Assembly: GCA_041740515.1 (NCBI GenBank)
Contig: JBGSLV010000027.1
Coordinates: forward strand, 6,144-70,143
Direction: 5' to 3'
DNA from: Bdellovibrionales bacterium
GTDB lineage: Bacteria; Bdellovibrionota; Bdellovibrionia; Bdellovibrionales; UBA1609
DNA: 64,000 bases
The notes below the pieces were generated by a model. The model was not told where the DNA came from. It saw nothing but the letters and a program-made list of their open reading frames with translations, and did not search any database. How positions within the stretch are numbered: position 1 is the stretch's first letter; the number at the start of each line of letters is the position of its first letter. Positions 57,583-64,000 of the stretch are shown in pieces. Made by a program: the position numbers and the translations under genes.

Positions 57583-58536
57583 GTGTTTAAAAAAAGAACA
57601 AGCGCTTTTAATCTTTGGCTTATCTCAGTTTTGGTATTTTGGTGGCTTTGCAAATTCTTTTGTAATGTATGGACAGGAGTCGACGGATTTGGTTTTCTAG
57701 CACATAAAACATGCATAGATTGGGTTGAAGATCATGGTTCTTATGATTTTTTAAATTTAAAAATTTTATGCTCTTATAATAATTTTCATAATACCTCGGA
57801 AAAGTCAGATCAAATTTTTGCCATTTTTAAAAGCCTAAGCTTAATCCATTTACTTGTGGCTTCTGGTTCACATCTAATAATTTTAAAACAAGGCGTTGAT
57901 TGGATAATGCCAACTTTTACCAAATCTAAATGGCCCATGGTTTTGACACTATTTGTTTTTGTGGCTGGTTCTAATTTTTCAGGACCAGTCACTCGTTGTT
58001 TTTTTCAGATCGTAATAAGCTTATTTGTTAAAAGGTTTTCACTTAACTGGCGCCCCATACCACTCACGTTATTGTCGTCCATGATATATTTAGGATTTTT
58101 TCCAGAAGCCTTTTTCACTTTATCGTTTTGGTTAAGCGTTAGCGCAAGTTTGATTTTAGCCACTTTTGGTCAAAGTCCTCTAATATTATCTTTGGTTTTT
58201 TACTTAAGTTTATTTCCTTTCATCATTGATTTTGCGAAACCCCAGTTAAGTGCAATTCTTGTAAATATCATCTTAACACCTGTGATCGCACCCCTACTTA
58301 TCTACAATTCTATATTTAACGTGGTTATTCCTGGTTTTCCCTTTTGGGGGGACAAAATTATAGAATTATTACTCAAGATTCTTTCGGGTTTTAATACAGA
58401 CACAGCAGATCTAAGCCCTAATCCACTTAACTTAAGTTTAAAAATCAAAATTCTATATGGCTTTGTGTTATCGAGCTTAATTTTTAGCTTTCAATATTTA
58501 AGGTCTAAAGCCCTCAAAGCAAAATTAAACTTATGA
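57583..58536 (+). CDS. comEC: ComEC/Rec2-family competence channel domain protein (membrane part only)
   Basis: Polytopic. FKSLSLIHLLVASGSHLIIL resembles the conserved ComEC HLLAISGLH segment. No N-terminal OB/DUF4131 region is evident. Confidence 0.6.
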   Translation: MFKKRTSAFNLWLISVLVFWWLCKFFCNVWTGVDGFGFLAHKTCIDWVEDHGSYDFLNLKILCSYNNFHNTSEKSDQIFAIFKSLSLIHLLVASGSHLIILKQGVDWIMPTFTKSKWPMVLTLFVFVAGSNFSGPVTRCFFQIVISLFVKRFSLNWRPIPLTLLSSMIYLGFFPEAFFTLSFWLSVSASLILATFGQSPLILSLVFYLSLFPFIIDFAKPQLSAILVNIILTPVIAPLLIYNSIFNVVIPGFPFWGDKIIELLLKILSGFNTDTADLSPNPLNLSLKIKILYGFVLSSLIFSFQYLRSKALKAKLNL

Positions 58537-59186
58537 TTTTTAGCTTACAATTTTTTTTTAGCCGTCATACTTGCCTTTGGATTCTAGTGCTTTTCAGCAT
58601 TTTACTAAAACCTCAGTGGCTATCCCAAAACTTAGTTTTTAGAGGCTTTATTATATGGAACACGGGTTACAGTAATTTCATAACTATTGTTGCGAGCTCA
58701 AAGTGTCAACATATAGATCCCGGGGGAACCTTACGTTTTCCCAAAACAATTTATAAATTTTGTTTAGAAAAAACCAACCTTACAACTGTGCTTCATAATG
58801 ATAGATATCATACCAATTTTCAAAGAAATCTAAGGCCTCTTAAAGCTAAAGAATTAGTTAAACCCATAGAAATTGGCCCTTATAAGGTATTTGTGCATAG
58901 AGATTTGACCTCATTAGGTCACTTAGATCGCCAAGGCTTAGATTACTTTTTTCGTTATGCAAAAGTACTTAATACTACAAATTATATTTTACTACCCAAT
59001 CATGGTCAGCCCAAACATATAACCTCAGAATTAATTCCCAATTTTCGACGATTTAAAATGCGTATTTCAGGCAGTCAATCCAGAACCTATTTAAACCATC
59101 TAGCAACTGCAATGAAGTTTCAGAAAGCCCAACTTCCCATTATCTATAAAAATGTTTGGGGCCACTTAATATTCAATGAACCCTAA
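58533..59186 (+). CDS. ComEC C-terminal metallo-beta-lactamase-like remnant (degenerate motifs)
   Basis: ATGA overlap with the previous ORF. VLHNDRYHTNF sits at the position of HxHxDH and LLPNHGQPKH at the position of PHHGS. Confidence 0.4.
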   Translation: MIFSLQFFFSRHTCLWILVLFSILLKPQWLSQNLVFRGFIIWNTGYSNFITIVASSKCQHIDPGGTLRFPKTIYKFCLEKTNLTTVLHNDRYHTNFQRNLRPLKAKELVKPIEIGPYKVFVHRDLTSLGHLDRQGLDYFFRYAKVLNTTNYILLPNHGQPKHITSELIPNFRRFKMRISGSQSRTYLNHLATAMKFQKAQLPIIYKNVWGHLIFNEP

Positions 59187-59268
59187 AGCTAGAGTTCATT
59201 GAAGAAATAAAAAAAATAGTTTTATCTAAAAAATTAAAAGCTATAAACACAAATTAATGCTTGTATTC

Positions 59269-59712
59269 TTACAAAACCCCATCTGTTTCTAAGTAATCAC
59301 CCTCACGCTCTTTATCATAAACTTCCAAATTAGGTTCAGATAAATGCTCTTGATCATCTATGGGCATCACAGATACGGATACAATTTTGCCGTCTGAAAA
59401 ACTAAAAGATTTATCTGACAAACAATAATCTTTTGAAGTACTGTTTACACTAGAAATAATATCCAACACCTCAAGATAGTCTTGAGGATCAGTTATACAT
59501 GATTCTATAATTCGCTTAATACTATCATTTGATGCTATCAGTTCACAAATGTCTTTATCATCAAATGTTTTTTTCAACAATATTTGACTATAATAACAAG
59601 TATGAAATGAAGCAGGGTACATTATAGATCTCTCAGCGAAAGAGCTAGAACTAATCGCAACCATAAGACTCAATAATAAATACTTTTTCATGAAAATCTC
59701 CTTTAAATACAC
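59269..59712 (-). CDS. hypothetical secreted protein
   Basis: Leader LLLSLMVAISSSSFA. Acidic C-terminus. No domain recognised. Confidence 0.35.
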   Translation of the reverse strand: MYLKEIFMKKYLLLSLMVAISSSSFAERSIMYPASFHTCYYSQILLKKTFDDKDICELIASNDSIKRIIESCITDPQDYLEVLDIISSVNSTSKDYCLSDKSFSFSDGKIVSVSVMPIDDQEHLSEPNLEVYDKEREGDYLETDGVL

Positions 59713-60474
59713 AACCTTTTTTGCAAGTGCCGTTCCATAGTGCTTAAGTTTTTTGACCTATCAAATCGATTCAGTTCATTTTAATTAAAAACGTTTTGCC
59801 AAGGACATAAAAGTTCGACACAAATGTAACTACACAGCGATTTTGACCGGTCCTAATTACACACACGATTTATGATTTTCTATCGATTTTGACAGTTTTG
59901 TAATTTAACTCAGTTCACTTAAGGACTCAGTTTTAAAAAGTGTCTCATTAAGTTACGTTCCAGATCGTATTATTTCTAGAATAAGGAGATGCGGGTCCTT
60001 TGAGCACCCACTGATAGGTCCTTCTCATCCTATTCCATATTTCTGTAGAGATTTTCAACAGATTTTTTATAAACATCGTAAACTCTCGTTATCTATTAAT
60101 ATATCTTTTAAATGATCGATAACAAAATTTAAAACGAGTTTAAAATTTCCTACCTTGTAGATTGCATTTACTTCTAGTTTACGTTTTCTTGTTTTTTTTA
60201 AATCCGGTTACTTTGAACGTTCAAGTTTTATATGCGATGACTAAACACAATAAGTCCCATTTTTTTATTACTTTAGTTAACGGCATTAGTAATGCCGTTT
60301 AAGAAATAAGCATTCAGGAACATTATTTAAAAACTTGCTAATTTTATTACAATTAATCAGTTTTTGTTAAAATGTGTAATTTAATAGGCCTGTAAATCAC
60401 TCAAAATATAGTTCAGTTTTTATAATTTTTTTTACGTAGTTTTTATTTCTAAGAAGGAAAAGAAGGGTGAAGTT

Positions 60475-60963
60475 ATGTTCAACAGTGTCAAATATCTCTT
60501 GATGTTAATTATTCAAACAGGGTTTTTATGTCCTTTATGGGCCAATCCATCTAATGCAAATGTAGATGTTAAGGGTCTAGCACTTGAAGGATATGACCCC
60601 GTGTCTTACTTTAGCCAAGAAGCTAAGTCTAAAGGTCCTGCAAAAGGCAAATCCTTATTTGCAGTTAAACATGATAATCGTACTTACCATTTTAGCTCTG
60701 ATGTGAATCGAAAAGAGTTTTTAAATAATCCCAACAAATATACCCCATCATTTGGTGGTTGGTGTGCCTATGCGATTGCCGAAACTAAAGAGAAAGTATC
60801 TGTTGATCCCAAAAGCTTTTTAATCCAAGAGGGTAGACTGCTACTGTTTTATGATGGGTTTTTAGCAGACACACGCAAAAAATGGTTAAATCACAAGACC
60901 AGAACCCCAGCTCAATATTTAAAAATGGCCGATACCCATTGGCAAGAACTGCAACGAAAATAA
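60475..60963 (+). CDS. secreted YHS-domain family protein
   Basis: Signal peptide. GLALEGYDPVSYF...YHFSSDVNRKEFLNNPNKYTPSFGGWCAYAI matches the YHS-domain pattern. Confidence 0.7.
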   Translation: MFNSVKYLLMLIIQTGFLCPLWANPSNANVDVKGLALEGYDPVSYFSQEAKSKGPAKGKSLFAVKHDNRTYHFSSDVNRKEFLNNPNKYTPSFGGWCAYAIAETKEKVSVDPKSFLIQEGRLLLFYDGFLADTRKKWLNHKTRTPAQYLKMADTHWQELQRK

Positions 60964-61152
60964 TCTTGTTCAAATTATCTATGTTTTTTTTCTTTTAAGA
61001 AAACTCTGTCATTCAAGTTAGCTGAAATTTTACTTTAGAGATTCTCTTCAGCGCATTGGGTCCGGTACCAATCCTCCCAAGCCCTAATTGATAACTCTCT
61101 ATCTTTTAGGCTTGCGTTTGAAACAAAAGCGCTTGCCTACCAATTTGTATAA

Positions 61153-61473
61153 TTACTTTTCCGAGCTAAATTTTTTTAAAAGTTCTTCATTTAAATGAGC
61201 AAGGTCTTGGTCGAAATTTTGAGGTGGTAAATTTGCAATCTTACGAACGCCTGTTGTTAAGACTTCAGTTAAATTTTGATGATTTTGACAGGCTTGACAA
61301 AGGCTTAAGTGAAACCAAAGCCTAATTCGAACACTAAACTTAGCGGGTTTTTCTTTTAGATCAATATATCCGGTGACATCATTACATCTTAAAGCAAAAT
61401 CATCGCGACGTTTAGAAGCTTTGAAATAATAAATCCTATGTGCGATTTTTCTAAATTTAGGAATTAAGTTCAT
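61153..61473 (-). CDS. putative anti-sigma factor (zf-HC2-like)
   Basis: Immediately downstream of the ECF sigma gene. Contains HLSLCQACQNH Cys/His motif. No TM segment. Confidence 0.45.
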   Translation of the reverse strand: MNLIPKFRKIAHRIYYFKASKRRDDFALRCNDVTGYIDLKEKPAKFSVRIRLWFHLSLCQACQNHQNLTEVLTTGVRKIANLPPQNFDQDLAHLNEELLKKFSSEK

Positions 61474-61489
61474 AACTTTCCTTTAGCTT

Positions 61490-62125
61490 TCAGTTAAAGC
61501 CTAAAAGGCAGGACTTAAGTTTATCTTTAGCTCTAAAAATTAAAACTCTTAAGTTAGAAATACTAAGACCCAAAAGTTGACACACATCATGGGCCGATTC
61601 ACCTTCAGATTCCAGCAATAGAAAGGCATCTCTTTGATTAGCAGTCAGACCTTTTAGACATTCACGAATAGCTTCTCCTAACTGTTGATTGGCAAGAAGG
61701 CAATAAGGATCTTCAGGTTCCGTGGCCCACCAGCCCTCAATGGTAAAACTACGTTGAAATACTTTTTCCGAGTCCTCTTCATAATCAATTTTTTGGGCAC
61801 GTCGTCGATGCTCACGTATTTTATTCAGCAGTATTCCGAATATAAAAGTGGATAATTTTGATCGGCCTTCAAAATTATTAATGTTAGAAAAAAATGTCTC
61901 CCAACATTCATGCAATACCTCTTCCATAGAATCTAATGCAATATTTTGACTTCTGAGCATTTTTAACAGCCTTGGATTCATCCCCGCAAAAAGCTTTTTT
62001 AATTCTTCAGGGTGTCTATTTTTAAGCCTTAAAAGATCTAAATTATCGTATTCTACTTTAGGAATTGAAGTTTTAATTAAGCCTAAATAATTTTTTCTTA
62101 AATGAGCTGACACTGAGGTCTCCAT
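61490..62125 (-). CDS. ECF-type RNA polymerase sigma-70 factor
   Basis: Region 2 (...LHECWETFF...F.GRSKLSTFIFGILLNKIREHRRR) and region 4 HTH (LTANQRDAFLLLESEGESAHDVCQLLGLSISNLRVLIFRAKDKL). Confidence 0.8.
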   Translation of the reverse strand: METSVSAHLRKNYLGLIKTSIPKVEYDNLDLLRLKNRHPEELKKLFAGMNPRLLKMLRSQNIALDSMEEVLHECWETFFSNINNFEGRSKLSTFIFGILLNKIREHRRRAQKIDYEEDSEKVFQRSFTIEGWWATEPEDPYCLLANQQLGEAIRECLKGLTANQRDAFLLLESEGESAHDVCQLLGLSISNLRVLIFRAKDKLKSCLLGFN

Positions 62126-62154
62126 TTGGGCTTAAAAAATTTAAGTAAATACCA

Positions 62155-62568
62155 CTAAGCATTTACCAAAGATTTTAATCTCTTTATCCACATAGAAATT
62201 AATTCTCGTTCTAGATATATCAGTAAAAGACTGATGACAAACACCAAACAAGCTAAAGTGAAAAGCAGACCGCCATCCTCTTGAACTTCTATTCCAAGTA
62301 TCAAAAGATGACTTAAAATAGCACCAGCCATGATTCCTGCTGACATAGCCGCACCTAAAAACCCAAACCCGGGCACAAGAAGTAAAATACTTGCTGTGAG
62401 TTCACTTAGACCCGCAAAATAACGCCCAAAAGGTTCAACACCTAAAGATGAAAAAATATAAACAGACTTTGGAGCTCCAGTAAACTTAAAATACAAAGTT
62501 TGTAAGAGTATCAGGGCAACAACAAGGCGTAAGATCCAAATATAAATATTATTTGCTTGTAAATTCAT
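62155..62568 (-). CDS. DoxX-family membrane protein
   Basis: 137 aa, four TM helices. ...LRLVVALILLQTLYFKFTG...ELTASILLLVP... is typical of DoxX. Confidence 0.7.
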   Translation of the reverse strand: MNLQANNIYIWILRLVVALILLQTLYFKFTGAPKSVYIFSSLGVEPFGRYFAGLSELTASILLLVPGFGFLGAAMSAGIMAGAILSHLLILGIEVQEDGGLLFTLACLVFVISLLLIYLERELISMWIKRLKSLVNA

Positions 62569-62695
62569 TTTGCTCTCCTATAAGACATTTCAGGTTAAAA
62601 TAATGTCTTATAGGTTAGTGCAGTTTGCTTAGATTTAATTACAACATAAATAATATATTTCTAAACAAGCTCGTGAATTGCTATTTTCAGGAGAA

Positions 62696-63802
62696 TTAGC
62701 CCTTATAAGGTCGGTATTCCATATCTAAGTCGCGAGCTACGGGTTCGTAGGTCACGAAACCATTATAGACATTTAGACCCTTCAGCAAAGCGCGATCATG
62801 AGCAATGGCCTCTTCAACACCTAAGGCTGCAATCTTAGAAGCATAAGAAAATGTAGCATTGGTTAATGCATAAGTTGAAGTTCTAGCCACTACACCTGGC
62901 ATATTTGGAACACAGTAATGAATTACACCATTGATTTCATATGTGGGCTCAGTGTGTGAAGTTGGTTTACATGTTTCAATACAGCCCCCTTGATCCACGG
63001 CCACATCAACAACCACACTTCCTTCCGCCATAGAATGAATCATTTCCTTGGTTACTAATTTTGGAGCTTTACGACCTGCGATTAATACTCCACCTACAAC
63101 CAAATCAGACTCTTTGACACATTTTTCAATATTCATGGCATTGGAGTACAGCGTACGAATCCGTCCTTGAAAAACATCATCAAAATATTCAAGACGCTTT
63201 TGATTCACATCCAAAACTGTAACATCGGCGCCAAGTCCCACAGCCATTTTAGCAGCGTTTATACCAACAATTCCCGCACCCAAAATCGTAACTTTGCCGC
63301 GATGAACACCTGCTACACCACCTAACAAAATGCCTTTGCCACCTTTATCTCGTTGTAAATAAAATGCACCTACTTGAGTAGCCATACGACCGGCCACAGC
63401 ACTCATAGGTACTAACAAAGGCAAACTGCCATCGGCCGCTTCAATGGTTTCATAAGCAACGGCTTTAACTTTTCTTTGGCATAAAACCTTAGTTAAAACG
63501 GGCTCTGCGGCTAAATGTAAGTATGTATATAAAATTTGATTCTCTTGCAGCAATTCATACTCGGCAGGAAGTGGCTCTTTTACTTTTACAATCATTTGAG
63601 CTTTTTTATAGATTTCAGCTTTGGTATCTAAAATCTTTGCTCCAGCTTTTTCATATTCGGCATTAGTAATAAAGCTTCCAAGACCGGCATCTTTTTCAAC
63701 AAAGACAGTATGACCTTCTAAAACTAGCTGTCGAACACCAGCTTCCGTTAAACCCACACGATTTTCTGATATTTTAATTTCTTTCGGTACGCCTATAATC
63801 AT
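62696..63802 (-). CDS. ald: alanine dehydrogenase
   Basis: MIIGVPKEIKISENRVGLTEAGV...NAD site VTILGAGIVGINAAKMAVGLGADVTVLD...VDVAVDQGGC matches Ald over the full length. Confidence 0.93.
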   Translation of the reverse strand: MIIGVPKEIKISENRVGLTEAGVRQLVLEGHTVFVEKDAGLGSFITNAEYEKAGAKILDTKAEIYKKAQMIVKVKEPLPAEYELLQENQILYTYLHLAAEPVLTKVLCQRKVKAVAYETIEAADGSLPLLVPMSAVAGRMATQVGAFYLQRDKGGKGILLGGVAGVHRGKVTILGAGIVGINAAKMAVGLGADVTVLDVNQKRLEYFDDVFQGRIRTLYSNAMNIEKCVKESDLVVGGVLIAGRKAPKLVTKEMIHSMAEGSVVVDVAVDQGGCIETCKPTSHTEPTYEINGVIHYCVPNMPGVVARTSTYALTNATFSYASKIAALGVEEAIAHDRALLKGLNVYNGFVTYEPVARDLDMEYRPYKG

Positions 63803-64000
63803 TGGATAACTCCCCTCTATATTTTAGTTTGATGAACTTTTGTAATAGTATTGGAAATAATAAATTTTTCAATATATGCAAAGTAGTTAATGCACTTAAC
63901 TCATAGCTTTTAAGTCTGATTTATAGTCGTTTTCTGTCAATTGACAAATTGTGTAAGAATCTTTCTGATTTAAGATGGCTTTCATCAGCTGATTCATTAA

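Overview
This is an AT-rich chromosomal segment (GC in the high 30s % by eye) from a Gram-negative bacterium. The many signal-peptide or lipoprotein hydrolases (nucleases, proteases, acylase, PLD) are compatible with a predatory Bdellovibrio-like lifestyle; that is inference only. All calls come from motif recognition in the supplied translations and from reading the DNA; no searches were run.

Layout:
- (1) 0.7-5.8 kb: a string of small, functionally unrelated gene units. They are separated by four same-orientation copies of a ~95-bp repeat and end at the 3' end of tRNA-Asp(GTC). It is integron-like, but there is no integrase and no canonical attC core in the window. I consider this the best candidate for something undescribed.
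- (2) 6-19 kb: secreted enzymes. These are an alpha/beta hydrolase, a penicillin/AHL-acylase-like Ntn hydrolase, an EEP nuclease, and an OMP-lipoprotein-ExeM/NucH nuclease operon. A secreted J-like protein without HPD and a truncated kinase-like protein follow.
- (3) 19.6-22.5 kb: an IS256-family transposase. Its matching terminal inverted repeats lie 2.9 kb apart and enclose two small secreted-protein genes.
- (4) 22.9-30 kb: an M13 peptidase, a RayT-type Y1 transposase flanked by REP copies (REPtron), and a 1362-aa VWA/PA14 lipoprotein.
- (5) 30-47 kb: mixed content. It holds two secreted-protein genes each broken by a single in-frame TAG, a two-HKD PLD whose 3' end is built from a REP-like sequence, and purT. 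It also holds a YbjQ-YbjQ-M48 cluster, an S8 protease fused through a TM helix to a PilZ domain, and several unknown secreted proteins.
- (6) 47-64 kb: conserved core genes. These are ppiD-like, mreC-mreD-mrdA-rodA, trxA, dprA, lptF/G, a LysM protein, split comEC, a YHS protein, an ECF sigma/anti-sigma pair, doxX and ald.

No rRNA and no CRISPR array were seen.
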